Shown: positions 53,013 to 64,000 of the stretch, in pieces
How the letters are laid out: the number at the start of each line of letters is the position of its first letter
Numbering within the stretch: position 1 is the first letter of the stretch
Made by a program: the position numbers and the translations under genes
NCBI GenBank assembly: GCA_965240325.2
Contig: OZ251240.1
Coordinates: 124,001 to 188,000, forward strand
DNA length: 64,000 bases
From: Rebecca billardiae RCC1528
Taxonomy: Eukaryota > Protista > Haptophyta
Direction of reading: 5' to 3'
Notes under the pieces: generated by a model
Seen by the model: only the letters and a program-made list of their open reading frames with translations
Database searches by the model: none
What the model was told of the DNA's origin: nothing

Positions 53013-54848
53013 TCACTTGGCGGCGCCCTGCTCGGGCGGGCGGCAGCACTCGAGGCGGTGCGCATGCCACGCGCGCCGTTGGCACGCCTTGCTGCCGCCG
53101 CGGCGCGCGCACCGGGCCACGGGCGCGCGGGGCGCCCACGCGCCCGCGGCCGGGTCGCGAGTCAGCTGGCGCGCGCACTGGCCCGCGGGCCGCGAGCGGT
53201 GCTGCACGCGCTCGCACGGCGCACGGCGCGCGCAGCACCTGCAGTACACCGCCGCGCGGCACTCGCGGCACAGCCACGCGCCCGCGCGGCCGCACGCGGC
53301 GCACGGCGGCCTGCGCTGCGCGCGCTGCACGGCGCGCGGCAGGACGTGGGCGAGCCACACGTGCTGCAGGGCGCAGCCGTGCGCGCCGCCGAGGCGCGGG
53401 CTCGCGGCGAGCTGGTACCCCAGCAGGAGCAGCTCGACGGCGCGCGCGCGCGCGGCCGGCGCGAAGAGGCGGTGCGTGCCGGGCGACCACGGGCCGGCCG
53501 CGCCCACCAGCGCCGCGGCCGCGCGGTGTTCGGGCGAGGCGGCGAGGAGGGCGCGCGCGAGGCCGAGGGGAGAGGAGGCGTCGTCCTCCGCGCCGAGCGC
53601 GTCGAGGCTCGCGCCCGCGTGCAGCTCCGCGAGCACCTCCGCCTCGCTCAGCAGCTCGACGTGGTGCAGGGCCGTCGGCCAGCGCGCCGCGCGCCGCAGC
53701 CAGTCGGCCAGCGCCGCGCCGCCTCCCGGCCCCTGTCGCGCGCCGAGCGCGCTCGCGTGCCGTCCGAGGGCGTCGCGGAGCTCGAGGTCGGACTGGCGGA
53801 CGCCGCGCAGCGCCTGCGCCCTGCACAGCAGCTGCACCACGCGCAGCCGCTCGGCGGGCGTGTGCGCCTCGCGCTCGGCCGGCGTGCCGAGCGCAGCCAT
53901 GTGCAGCAGCGGCTGCGCGCGCCACGCGGGCGCGGGCTCGTGCGCGCGCGCGTCCGCGCGCGCCACCCAGCAGTGGCCGTCCACGTCCGCGCGCGCGTCG
54001 AGGAGGAGGCGGACGCACGACTCGCGCAGCTCGTGCACGGCGAAGCCGAGCGCCGTGTGCCGGTCCGCGCCGGCGATGTCCACGTGCACGCCCGCCTCGA
54101 GCAGCAGCGCCGCGCAGCGCGCGTGGCCGCGGCAGCACGCGAGGTGCAGAGCGCCCGCGCCCGAGGGACCGCGCACGTCGGCGCGCGCGCGCAGCAGCAG
54201 CGTGGCGAGCGCGGCGTCGCCCTGCGCGCAGGCCAGCGTGAGGGGCGTCGAGCCGAGCGTGAGCGCGCACTCCACGTCGGCGCCCGCCTCCAGCAGCTCG
54301 CGCGCGCACGCGAGCGCCCCGGCGGCGGCCGCCAGCTGCAGCGGCGTGAGGAACGCCGCGTTGCGCTGCTGCGCGGACGCGCGCGCGCGGAGCAGCAGCC
54401 GCACGCACTCGGCGTGGCCCTGCGCGCAGGCGACGTGGATGGCGCACGAGCCGTACGCGCGCGGGCGGGCATCCGCCGCGGCGAACGGCGCCGCGCACGG
54501 CGCGCGTGCGTCGGCGCGCGCGCGCGCGCCGAGCCGGGTGCCCGTCGCCGACGCGCACGGCGCCCGGCTGAGCTTGAGCCGCAGGGCGGTGGTGTGACTG
54601 CGCGCGCATGCGTGGATGATCGCGCTTGCTCCCGACGCCGCCAGCTCGGCGCGCGCCGGCGCATCCGCCTCGAGGAGTAGCTGCACGCACGGCGCGTGGC
54701 CGAACGCGCATGCGGTCAGCAGCCCCGCCTCGGCCGCGCACGCGGGGCGGTCGACGTCGACGCCGGCGGCGAGGAGCGTGTGTAGGATGCGGATGTCGGC
54801 TTCGGCGCATGCCTGCTCGGCCTCCTGCAGCTGCTCGCGCAGCATCAT
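53013..54848 (-). CDS. Ankyrin-repeat protein with a C-terminal MYND zinc finger. Intron 53238-53092
   Basis: Multiple ankyrin repeats (TPLQLAA, TPLTLAC, ALHLAC, GHAECVRLLL). Removing the 147-nt intron gives CAAC...CREC...YCSKACQRRAWHAHRLEC. Confidence 0.88.
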   Translation of the reverse strand: MMLREQLQEAEQACAEADIRILHTLLAAGVDVDRPACAAEAGLLTACAFGHAPCVQLLLEADAPARAELAASGASAIIHACARSHTTALRLKLSRAPCASATGTRLGARARADARAPCAAPFAAADARPRAYGSCAIHVACAQGHAECVRLLLRARASAQQRNAAFLTPLQLAAAAGALACARELLEAGADVECALTLGSTPLTLACAQGDAALATLLLRARADVRGPSGAGALHLACCRGHARCAALLLEAGVHVDIAGADRHTALGFAVHELRESCVRLLLDARADVDGHCWVARADARAHEPAPAWRAQPLLHMAALGTPAEREAHTPAERLRVVQLLCRAQALRGVRQSDLELRDALGRHASALGARQGPGGGAALADWLRRAARWPTALHHVELLSEAEVLAELHAGASLDALGAEDDASSPLGLARALLAASPEHRAAAALVGAAGPWSPGTHRLFAPAARARAVELLLLGYQLAASPRLGGAHGCALQHVWLAHVLPRAVQRAQRRPPCAACGRAGAWLCRECRAAVYCRCCARRAPCERVQHRSRPAGQCARQLTRDPAAGAWAPRAPVARCARRGGSKACQRRAWHAHRLECCRPPEQGAAK

Positions 54849-55060
54849 TGCCTCCGCGTGTGTCGGCGGCCCCGTGCTCACCCGCCGCGACTTGGCGCGA
54901 GCGCTTGCGGAATTCGCGCCAACGGCTTTGGCGCCAAACGCCAAGTGAGTAAACGGAGGCGGCAACCTCCATCATGTTTCGTTTCAAGGTCAATTGGCTC
55001 TCCAAATAATTCGCCGGCGGCGCCTTGGCGTCGCTACTCGGCCGCGGCGTCTGGAGCAGC

Positions 55061-56725
55061 ATGCGGGCCCGACACGCGGCGCTGGCGCTGGCGCTGGTGC
55101 TGGCGGCACTCGCGCCGGGCGCGCGGGCGCACGCGCGGCTGGGCCTGCCCGCGCACGCCGCCCGTCGGCTCGCCCTGCCGCCCGCTCGCCGGCCCAGGCT
55201 GGGCGCGCGCGTGACGGCGGACGGCGTGCCTCCGCCGCCGGGCCCGCCCACCGCGCCGCCCTCGGCGGCGAAGCGCGCGTGGCCGCCGTGGCTCGACCCG
55301 GCGGACCGGCGTCGCATGCGCGAGCGGATGCGCCTCGGCCAGACCGCCGGCACGATCGGCCGCGTGATCGTCCCCTCGATCGTCTGCGCCATCCTGGGCG
55401 TGCTCTACTTTGACAACATCTCCAACCTCGTGATGAAGTCGCTCGACGCGGGCGGGCTGGTGATGGTGATGCAGGACGAGTCGCAGTTCATCCAGAACTT
55501 CCTGACGGTGATCGGGCTGCTCTTCTCCATCCTGGCGGGCAACGCGTACTCCTCGCTGTACACGCAGCAGGAGACCATCTACTTTGCGCTCTTCAACGAG
55601 GTGTCCGAGGCCAAGTCGCTGCTCGAGCAGGCGACGCTCGTGTGCCAGGGGCGGCCCTTCTACCCGGCGGTGCTCGCGCAGTTCGAGAAGTACGTGTCGC
55701 AGGACCTGCGCCGGCTCGACCTGCCCCCCGCCGCGCTCCTCTCCGCCCGCCCCGCCGAGGACCCCCTCGAGTCGATCATGTACATGACCTCGGTGGGCGT
55801 GCCCTCCGTCATCTACGAGACGGTCAAGTCGCTGCGGCAGGCGCGCGGCTACCGGCTCGGCGCGTGCCAGCGCAAGTTCCCCACGCTGGGGATCGCGCTG
55901 CTGTACGTGCTCGCGGCGCTCGAGCTGGTCGCGTTCCCGCTGCTCGGCGCGGGCACCGCCACCGTCTCCAACCGCGTGCTCAACCTGCAGTCCTCGCTGT
56001 TCGGGCTGCTGTGCGGCGCACTCGTGATGGTGCTGCGCGTCATCCAGGAGCTGCGCCTCTCGAGCGGCGGCGTCTTCACCGTGGACCTCGTGCTGCGCCA
56101 GATGGTGTCCGGGCTGGAGATCGAGCTGGAGCAGCGCAGGCGCGCGGCGGCGATGCCGCCCGGCGGCACGCTCGTGCCACCGCCCACGGCCGCGCCCGCC
56201 GCGCCCGGCGTGCCCGCGCCGCCGGTCGCGGCGCCGCTGCCGGTGCCGCAGCCAGCGCGCGCGGGCAGCACGCGCGCGGGCAGCACGTCGGACATGGGCG
56301 CTGACCGCGACGCGTGGCTGCCGTACACGCCGCCGCCGGACAAGCCGCCGCCGCCGCCGCCGCCGCCGCGCGGCGGCGAGTCGGAGCTGGGCGCGCAGGA
56401 GCCGCCGGCGGACGGCTGGGGGGGCGTGCGCATGGGGGGCGCGGCGCGCGCGCCGGCCGCGCAGGCGGCGGCGGCGGCGGCGGCGGCGGACGAGCGCGCG
56501 GCAGCCGCGCGCGCGGCCGAGCAGCCGCCGCTCGAGCACTGGCAGCGCGTCTTTGACGACGACCTCGCCGGCCCGCTGTCCGCGGCGGCGAAGCGCGACC
56601 AGCTCCTGGCCGAGGCGGAGCTCGAGGCCGAGCAGGAGCTCATCCGCACCGCGTCGTCGCCGTGGGCGGCGGTGCAGGCGTTTGCGATCACGGCGGTCGC
56701 CGCATGGCTGCAGCGGCCATCATGA
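55061..56725 (+). CDS. DUF4239-like (bestrophin-related) membrane protein with a signal + transit-like leader
   Basis: FLTVIGLLFSILAGNAYSSLY.QQE.IY.ALFNEVSEAKSLLEQ, two further TM helices, then ELR....GVF.V. Confidence 0.65.
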   Translation: MRARHAALALALVLAALAPGARAHARLGLPAHAARRLALPPARRPRLGARVTADGVPPPPGPPTAPPSAAKRAWPPWLDPADRRRMRERMRLGQTAGTIGRVIVPSIVCAILGVLYFDNISNLVMKSLDAGGLVMVMQDESQFIQNFLTVIGLLFSILAGNAYSSLYTQQETIYFALFNEVSEAKSLLEQATLVCQGRPFYPAVLAQFEKYVSQDLRRLDLPPAALLSARPAEDPLESIMYMTSVGVPSVIYETVKSLRQARGYRLGACQRKFPTLGIALLYVLAALELVAFPLLGAGTATVSNRVLNLQSSLFGLLCGALVMVLRVIQELRLSSGGVFTVDLVLRQMVSGLEIELEQRRRAAAMPPGGTLVPPPTAAPAAPGVPAPPVAAPLPVPQPARAGSTRAGSTSDMGADRDAWLPYTPPPDKPPPPPPPPRGGESELGAQEPPADGWGGVRMGGAARAPAAQAAAAAAAADERAAAARAAEQPPLEHWQRVFDDDLAGPLSAAAKRDQLLAEAELEAEQELIRTASSPWAAVQAFAITAVAAWLQRPS

Positions 56726-56978
56726 CTGCTACATTCTGATATACGACGACGATGACCGCTTACCTATATACGTATCATATATATTTGCATGCGAACGATA
56801 TTCGTAGTTATCATTCGCAGCAGCTGCTACTAGCAGCCGGCGCAGTATTAATTATTATTATTATTTTAGTATATATATTATTCGCATATATATATGTTAA
56901 TATTATATAATACGCTGCTGATGATGAATGAACATCATATACATATACATATATATATATATTAATATACATTATAGC

Positions 56979-58568
56979 TTAGTGTAGCAGTGTTGCAAGC
57001 GTGCTGTCCTCGCAGACCATCTGCCTCGCATGATCAGCGGCACGGCCCGTTGCTGCGGTCGTGGAGCTGGCGCCGCCGACATCGTCGGCAGCACCACCGT
57101 GCCCGTGGTCCGTCGACGCGACAGACGCGACAGGAGCATCGGCTGTCACACCAGCGGCACTGCGAGCGTCCGAGCGCACCGCCGACTCACGTAGCACTGG
57201 TACTTGATAATCGCCGACGACAGCCATGCCGGCGGCGTGTACATCACGAAGGCTGGCGCGCGCCTGGCGCCAGGCTGTAGTGCCATTGAGGAAGAGCCGA
57301 GACAGCTCCAGCTTGCTCATTCGATAGAGCACGCCCTTACCAGCCCACCCACTCGCATGCAGGAATGCTGGTCGTGTTGTCGGTGGGGGCGCGGCTTCTC
57401 CAGAGGCTGCCGAATGCACGCTCGCCCCGAGCTCCTTGCGCTCCCCGAGTGAGTACGACGGGCCAAGCATGCCCACCGGCGCGGGTCGATACACCAAGCC
57501 CTTGGACAGGCCTCCCTTCAGCAGCCGCGATGGCACGTAATTGCGGATCGGCCGGCACCTGTGTTTGCGCAGCTCGATGGCTGCGCTGCCGTTGCTGGGC
57601 TCGTTGCACTCGAAGAGGTTGAGGAACAGCCGGGAGTGCTCGTCGAGCGTGGCTGGTGGGAGCGGTGGCGGCACAGCGCCAGGCTGCGCCGTGCTGCTGG
57701 GTAGGCTGAACTCGTGCCTGCGCGTCCCACTCAGCGCGAGATAGACCGCGGACATGAGCCCCTGCTCCGTCACGCGCACTCGTCTGCTGAAGGCCGGCAG
57801 TCGCCGCCCGTTGCCCTTGTACGGCGCTAGCATCGCCGGCTGCTCCACCACGCCCGGCTGGATGTGCAGATACTTGCTGCGCTTGTATAGCCCGTGCACG
57901 TACGCCCCGAGCCTTCCTAGCGCGCCCGCGTGCCCGGCGTACATGCCCGCGTTGCGGTAGCACGTGGCCGAGCCGCCGGCAGAGCGGCGCGTGCACCGCC
58001 AGAAGGCCTCGCGCGTCATTCGGCCGATGGGGTCGGAGCTGCGCGAGCCATACAGTGGGCACAGAATGTTTGGGTAGCTGTTGCACTCCGCGCTGAACAC
58101 CACCTGCCCGGCCGGCTCGGCTTCAGCTCCACCGCCCTTCGCCCTCCCCGCCAGAAGCGCGTCGAGCGCCCGGGCGGCCGTGGGCACGCCCGCAGTCACG
58201 AGCGTGTCGAGCCCATCGAGCAGGACGAGTCGCTGCGCGGGGTGGAAGAAGAGAGGCGCTGCGAGGCCCATCAGGCGTTGCTTGGTTCTGATCGTGCCCT
58301 CCCACTCGGAGCCCTTGCCGATGAGGACCAGAGGCATCCCGTGCGCAGCGGCTGTGAGGCCGAGCGACCACAGCCGCGGACTCCCGCCCCTGGGCATGTG
58401 AGTCAGGATCGTGGTGAGCACGAAGGGTGGCGCGTCGGGGGCGTCGGGCTGGTGCATCCAGCGGCGCAGGTCGGCGCAGGTGATACCCGCGCTCCTTCCG
58501 CGCCACGCCGCCGCGGCCGAGGATGAGCACGCCATCATGAGCAAGGGTGTCATGATGCGCGCCGCCAT
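56979..58568 (-). CDS. Secreted PLOD/procollagen-glycosyltransferase-like GT-A protein
   Basis: Signal peptide; G.G..WEG....K, LVLLDGLD, VVFSAECNSYP, YRNAGMYAG, LDEHSRLFLNL, PAFLHASG. Confidence 0.75.
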   Translation of the reverse strand: MAARIMTPLLMMACSSSAAAAWRGRSAGITCADLRRWMHQPDAPDAPPFVLTTILTHMPRGGSPRLWSLGLTAAAHGMPLVLIGKGSEWEGTIRTKQRLMGLAAPLFFHPAQRLVLLDGLDTLVTAGVPTAARALDALLAGRAKGGGAEAEPAGQVVFSAECNSYPNILCPLYGSRSSDPIGRMTREAFWRCTRRSAGGSATCYRNAGMYAGHAGALGRLGAYVHGLYKRSKYLHIQPGVVEQPAMLAPYKGNGRRLPAFSRRVRVTEQGLMSAVYLALSGTRRHEFSLPSSTAQPGAVPPPLPPATLDEHSRLFLNLFECNEPSNGSAAIELRKHRCRPIRNYVPSRLLKGGLSKGLVYRPAPVGMLGPSYSLGERKELGASVHSAASGEAAPPPTTRPAFLHASGWAGKGVLYRMSKLELSRLFLNGTTAWRQARASLRDVHAAGMAVVGDYQVPVLRESAVRSDARSAAGVTADAPVASVASTDHGHGGAADDVGGASSTTAATGRAADHARQMVCEDSTLATLLH

Positions 58569-58958
58569 GACGATGACGATGCACTGAAGGGGTTGACGTT
58601 ACTACCGGCCTGTACAATATCAGTCCAGAGATGAGTCTGTAACCGTTTTGTAGCAGTACTGGCATTCTATGATCGCGTTAATAACGACGTCGACACATGA
58701 TGTATGAGGTAGGATGACGCGGGTCTCCTGAGTACTGTACACGTACCTCAATACTATACGTTTTTTAACGCGCAGGGCCACCCCGGCTGACGGGCAACCT
58801 CCGGGCAACACGACGCGGAGCAGTGCTTCGACGACTACACATGTGCTTGGGGAGGTGCGCGGCGGGGGGCGCGGGGGCTGGCGTTGCCAGTGCGGCAACT
58901 TTTGGTTCCGGATGAAGTGAACGCCTCAGCAGCCTGCGGCGCGAGGTTCGGCCGTGAC

Positions 58959-59681
58959 TCACATGATCCCCATGAAGCGGAGCACGGCGAGCGTGGTGTA
59001 CACCACCCAGAGGGAGCCGAGGAAGGTGGCGCTCGCCCACTTGGAGGCGGGCGGGCCGCCCAGCTCGCCGCCCACCACAAAGCGGCGGTAGAGGATCAGC
59101 ATGGTGCCCACGACGCACACGGTGCAGAACACGCCCACGGAGAAGCCGAGGTCGCCGCCGAGCACGACGTACTGCGGGCGCAGCGTGCCCAGGTCGGCGC
59201 CGTCCCACAGCCGCGCCGCCACCTCCGGGTAGCGCGCCGCCCACGCCGCCTTGGCCTGCTCGTCCGCGGTGGTGCCCCAGTAGAGCGAGGCACACAACCA
59301 TGGCAGCCCGAGCCCGAGGAAGACGTTCACCGAGTTGGAGCCCGTCACGTTGGTGACGGACGCGTCGGCGGTGGGCTCGGTCTTCGCCGCGATCATCGAG
59401 GCGAACGTGTCGGGCAGCGACGTGCCGAGCGCCACCAGCGTGATCGCAGTCACCGGGTCGGGGATGGAGAGCACGCAGCCCAGGATGCCCGCCACGTCCG
59501 CGACCAGCGCCGTGAGCAGCCCGATGTGGCCGAGCGCGACGGCGAAGGTGGGCAGCCCGCCGAGCCACGCGGCGGGCGGCACGCTGAGCGCGTACAGCAG
59601 CTGCCACGGCAGGAAGACGAGGTGCAGCGCCCACGCGCCCGCGCCCGGCCCCGCCCTGCCGCCGGGCGCCGCCTCGGCCCT

Positions 59682-59716
<35 letters not shown>

Positions 59717-61439
59717 TTGGCGTCGAGCTGTCCCTCCGGCCGAGGCTGTGGGACTTGGACTGGTCGTCGTCGTCGTCGTCGGGCATGCCGTCGGAGGTGG
59801 CGCCGCCGCCGAGCACGCTGCCCGCCCCGCCCGCGTCCACCACCTCCTGCTCCTCCTCCTCCTCCGTGTGCGGCAGCAGCGCGTCCCACAGCTGCGCGCG
59901 CCACGCCGCGCCCAGCTCAAACGGCTCGGCGCCCTCGCCCTCGGCGGGGCCGTCGATAGTGACGGTGGGCGCGCGCGGCGCGGGGGCGCGCGCGTCCGAG
60001 CGCGGCGCGTCCACCGGGAGCAGCGCGCCCCGCTTCTCGTCCACGCCCGAGCGCGTCGGGCGGCGCGCGGGCGGCGGCGCGAGCGCTTGCGCCTGCTGCT
60101 GCAGCCGTGCGCGCTCCTGCGCCTCCACGCGCTGCCGGAATCCCTCGCGCTGCAGCCGCTTGGCGCGCCTGCGCTCGCCGCCGGGCAGCCGCTCGAGCAG
60201 CTTGTCGAGCAGGCTCGGCCCCACGCGCTTGCGCCGGCCGATCCCCTGCGCGACCAGGTACTCCTCCCGCCGGATCCGCTCGCGCTCCTTGGCCCACGCC
60301 TTCTCGCGCGCGCGCCGCGCCTCGTACGCGGCGACAGACTCGCCCTCGCGCGGGCCCTTGTGCGCGGCGCGCGGCTTGGGCGTCTTGGTCGACGGGTCGG
60401 CGTACGCGCCGACGCTCACGGGGAAGAGGAACGCGATCGACTCGGTCGCCACCTTCTTCACCTTGCGCCGCAGCGCGCGCCGCCGCCTCCGGCCGCCGTA
60501 CCCGATCCGGTAGGTGGCAATGGACGTGTGCGGCGTGAGGCCCATGTCCGCCGCGGCGATCGAGACGAGCTGCTGCTCGGTGAGGAGGCCCTGCGGGTCG
60601 TGGGTCTTGCGCACGCGCTCCATCTGCACGTGCAGCGCCTCCTCCACCTCGTGCATCTCCGCCGGCCCCACCACGCCGTGCGACGGCCGCCTGCTGTGCA
60701 GCCACGGGCTGGGTGCCGCGCCGTGCGCGCCCGCCTCGAGCCCGCCCTCGTCGGCCGAGCCGCCGCCCGCGTCGCCGTTGAGGCCGAAGGTGCCGATGTC
60801 GGCGTGGTAGCCCGTGTACACGAGGAGCGGCAGCCCCGCGAACGTGATCAGCGCCTCCGCCACCGTCACCACGTCCGGCGTCCACACGCTCACGCACAGG
60901 TAGAGCCAGAAGTAGGCGAGCAGCGACCACGCGGTCGTGACCACAAACGTGGCGAAGGAGCGGATGCGGCGCTCCTCGCCCGCGGGGACGGCGACGATGC
61001 AGACGGCGATGATGATGAGGAAGTTGAACGCCGCCGAGCCCACGATCGTCGAGGGCCCCAGGTCGCCCGCGTAGTACCCGTGCCCGACGACCTCGACCAC
61101 GTTGAGCATGATCTCGGGCGCCGACGAGCCGAGCGCCATCAGCGTGAGGTTGGCGACGGTGTCGTTCCACACGCGCACCTTCTCGACGAGCGGCTTGCCC
61201 TCCGCGTCCGTCTGCCCCTCCTGCACCACCTCCTTCTCCGCGCTCGTGATCTCGTCGATCGCCTCCATGAAGGTGTCGGCGATCACCGAGATGCCGCAGA
61301 ACGAGTAGAGCAGCGCGACGAGGTAGAGGAGCGCGCGGAGCCAGACCGGCCAGGCGTCCTCGACCTCGTTGGGCAGCAGGGGCAGCACCAGCCCGCCCGC
61401 GCCGCCCGGCTTGCAGATCGTCGACGGGGGCAGCCCCAT
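58959..61439 (-). CDS. Na+/Ca2+ exchanger (NCX family) with no recognisable Calx-beta domains
   Basis: VWNDTVANLTLMALGSSAPEI (alpha-1), LGPSTIVGSAAFN, ITLVALGTSLPDTFAS (alpha-2), NVTGSNSVNVFLGLGLPW, RR...GGELGGP. Confidence 0.93.
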
Positions 61440-62143
61440 CGCCGCGGGCACACCCTCGCTGGGGCCAGCGCCACCCCGGTGCTCGCGAAGTCGGCCAGCT
61501 GATCTGCTCGAGAGTCGAGAAGCGGGGAGAGGGGCGGGCTGGGCTGCCGGCTGCACACGTGCGATGCCGGTCGTGCGCCGCCGGTCGGCGAATGCTCAAA
61601 GTTGAAAGTAGAATGATCTGAAAGTCTGCGGTGCTCGCAATCATCTTTCGGACACGGAGTTGAGGCCGGTGCTGCTCTGGCTGCTCTCACTTTTGGCCCT
61701 TTCGGGCTTTTCCCGCCTCGGGAGAGTTTACTCACCGGCCTTTCGCGGGCGGAAAGAAAGCCGGAAACGGACAAGCTGTCCACTCCGAGGGGAGGGCATG
61801 ACCGCATAGCTCGCGACCGGGCTGCAACTACAGTTCTATGCGAGCAGCTGGGCCGCAGCGCGCAGACAGTCACACGCGCTGAGGCGAAGCCAAGCAGCGT
61901 GCAGTTGACTTTGGCAGCGGCGCAGCTGAGCGGGCGCCGGCCATCGGCTCAACTATCAGATTGCGTAGTTGCTCCCTACGCCCGGCGCCGTCAACCGTGC
62001 GTCCCGTGGCGTCGCGGCCACCGTTGTGGCAAGTACTTAGTGCATGTGCAGCCACAGCAGGCAGAGCGACACTACTACTACTCACTACTGTCAATATTGT
62101 TACACTTACTACAGTCCAGCCGTCAGCAGGCCGCGATCTACAT

Positions 62144-62864
62144 TGACACTGCGCCAGAAGGCCGGGGGCGTCCAAAATTGTCCCCGCCGACGGCTCGATG
62201 GCTGCCGCACTTGCGTGCCCCGCGTGCCTTGCGCGTGTACGTGCACCGGGTAGGGCGCCCCGACAGCGAGGGCGGGGTGGCGCAGATGGTCTCGTGGGAG
62301 GTGTGCCAGTGTGCCGGAGACGCTTCGACACCTTGGTGCCGTGCCCACACCTCCGTCCTTGTGCCCACACCTACGCCCGCGCCCGGCAGGACCTTGTGCC
62401 CACACCTCCGCCCGTCCACCATGACAACACTGAACACGTCGTGGGTTCGAGTGCACGGCTTGGGATTGATGCACGAGAGCTACTACGACGGCGGCAGAGA
62501 GCCGCATAGGGTGGGACTACCCGCACGCGCACTCACTACGGCTCGATCCGCCCGACATTGGCCTTGCACGCGCAGGCGTGCTCTCAACACGGCTCGGGTC
62601 GAGCACGCAGCAGGCAAGCGGCGACAAGGAGAGGTGTCTGGTATGGGCACGCCACCAAGGTGTCGAAGCGTCTCCGGCCACATTCGGGGCTCGGGCGCAC
62701 CGCTCCCACAAGACCATCTACGCCACCCCGCCCTCGCTGTCGGGACGCCCTACCGTGCACGTACACGCGCAAGGCACGCAGTCGCGGGGCACGCACGTGC
62801 GGCATCCATCGAGCCGTCGGCGGGGACAATTTTGCCTCCCCCCCGGCCTTCTGGCGCAGTGTCA
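62144..62864. mobile_element. Foldback/Mutator-like non-autonomous element with ~200-bp imperfect TIRs
   Basis: 62144-~62351 is the diverged reverse complement of ~62640-62864. Ends TGACA...TGTCA. Flanks gatctacat / gttctacaa match at 7 of 9 positions. Confidence 0.7.
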
Positions 62865-63709
62865 GTTCTACAAGTACAAGGGGCACAAGGCAGTCAAGGG
62901 CGGCGCGGTCGTCCGGTCCGAGGGCAAGCGGGCAAGGACACGGGAGGCATAGCCGGGCTCCGGCTATCGCTGTTGGCAAGGATAGTAGAGCGCTTCCGTC
63001 CGTCGTGGAGCGGACAGGAACCACCCGGCCGAGTTAGCCGACGGCGGCACGGAGGTGGCAAGGGCGGTCGAGGTGCCGCCGCGCCTGCCGAACCTCCCGA
63101 GGGACGCATGTCTCTGATTCTTAGTAAACTGTAGATATTCAAGTACTTGTTACCCGGGTTGAACTCTACGGCCATATGTCATAGCCATCTATATATAATA
63201 ATAGTACTCATCATCTACCCCACCCGTCAGATTCAAAGAGAACCCGCCAATAATCAGAGCAGCGACCAGGTCGTAAAATTCCGAGGGCGCAGATATGTAT
63301 ATATATATATGTGATGATGATCTACAATCGCGCGCGAGGCGGTCAAATTTTGCACTCCGCCCAAATCGCCCATGGCTGCGCCGAGCTGCTTTTCGAACTT
63401 TTGGAAGCTGCATGATATCATCAAGTCATCAGCTGACCCGCCTTGATGCCCTGATTATCATACTACTTTTATGGCCGGTACTCCTGGATACTGCGCCCGG
63501 GAAGGGCCACCCCCAAGCGGCGTGACTTCCAAAAGCCGCTCTTCGCTCCCAGTCCGGCGCACGTTTGCGACGACACGCGACTTCCCGACGACGACAGGCG
63601 GCGGGGAGGCGGCGCTAACGTTGCAGTAGTAGGCTGTAGGGCGGACCCCACCGCCGGGGCAGGCACCCTCCGCCACCGCCCCCTGGGACGTGCGCGCGCG
63701 CGCCGAGCC

Positions 63710-64000
63710 ATGGGCGTGTGGACGCGGCGCACGCCGCCGCGCACCGAGATCGACGAGGAGGAGGCGGTCTCGACGAGCGTCTCGACCACCGCCGACGACG
63801 ACGCCTCGTACGAGGACGTGCTGCTGCAGGGCTTCCTGCCGCCAAAGCAGCGCGAGCCGCGGCTCACGCGCGAGCTGCGCCGGCTGCTCTGGGCGGCGAA
63901 CCCGCCGCTGGAGAAGCTGGTCTTCGTGACCGCCGCCGAGCTGCGCCGACTCGAGCGCACGCTCGTCGACGAGGGCGTCCGCCGCGCCACCATCTCCTCC
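63710..64000 (+). CDS. 5' part of a hypothetical protein running off the window
   Basis: ATG at 63710, open frame with typical codon usage: MGVWTRRTPPRTEIDEEEAVS...LLQGFLPPKQREPRL... Confidence 0.65.
   Translation, partial: MGVWTRRTPPRTEIDEEEAVSTSVSTTADDDASYEDVLLQGFLPPKQREPRLTRELRRLLWAANPPLEKLVFVTAAELRRLERTLVDEGVRRATISS

Noticed and set aside
52982-53029. 24-bp tandem duplication spanning the ankyrin-MYND stop codon
   Set aside because: A simple slippage duplication with no effect on the protein.
62800-62870. JmjC/cupin-like peptide GDNFASPPAFWRSV
   Set aside because: It is too short, lacks the His ligand and lies inside a TIR arm.

Overview
This is a very GC-rich, gene-dense eukaryotic nuclear segment. 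It has short GT-AG introns (mostly GTGCGC/GTGAG donors, GCAG acceptors) and AT/GA microsatellite spacers between genes. Bipartite plastid-targeting leaders and the intron style suggest a secondary-plastid alga, probably a haptophyte (inference). About 20 genes can be supported: a ~4,250-aa protein of ~17 RPGRIP1-C-terminal-like C2 domains and ~8 EF-hand pairs, head-to-head with SSNA1/DIP13; a SET protein with degenerate catalytic motifs; a TyrP-type permease; a double-CGHS PDI; a MIU/Cys-rich membrane protein; UTP15; a YeiH-type exporter; class 2 DHODH; an eIF4B-like protein; a PAP2/DOLPP phosphatase; a PUF+R3H protein; a GT64-GT4 fusion; a ZC2HC1-like zinc finger; a sulfotransferase; an ankyrin-MYND protein; a DUF4239-like protein; a PLOD-type glycosyltransferase; and an NCX without Calx-beta domains. 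Three non-autonomous mobile elements were read from the DNA. The most striking is a 644-bp insert bounded by two identical, perfect 98-bp palindromes (TG...CA ends, 5-bp target duplication). The others are a 915-bp MITE with a 7-bp TSD and a ~720-bp long-TIR foldback element. Most long ORFs in the supplied track are GC-driven antisense or off-frame shadows. All family assignments come from motif recognition; no searches were run.
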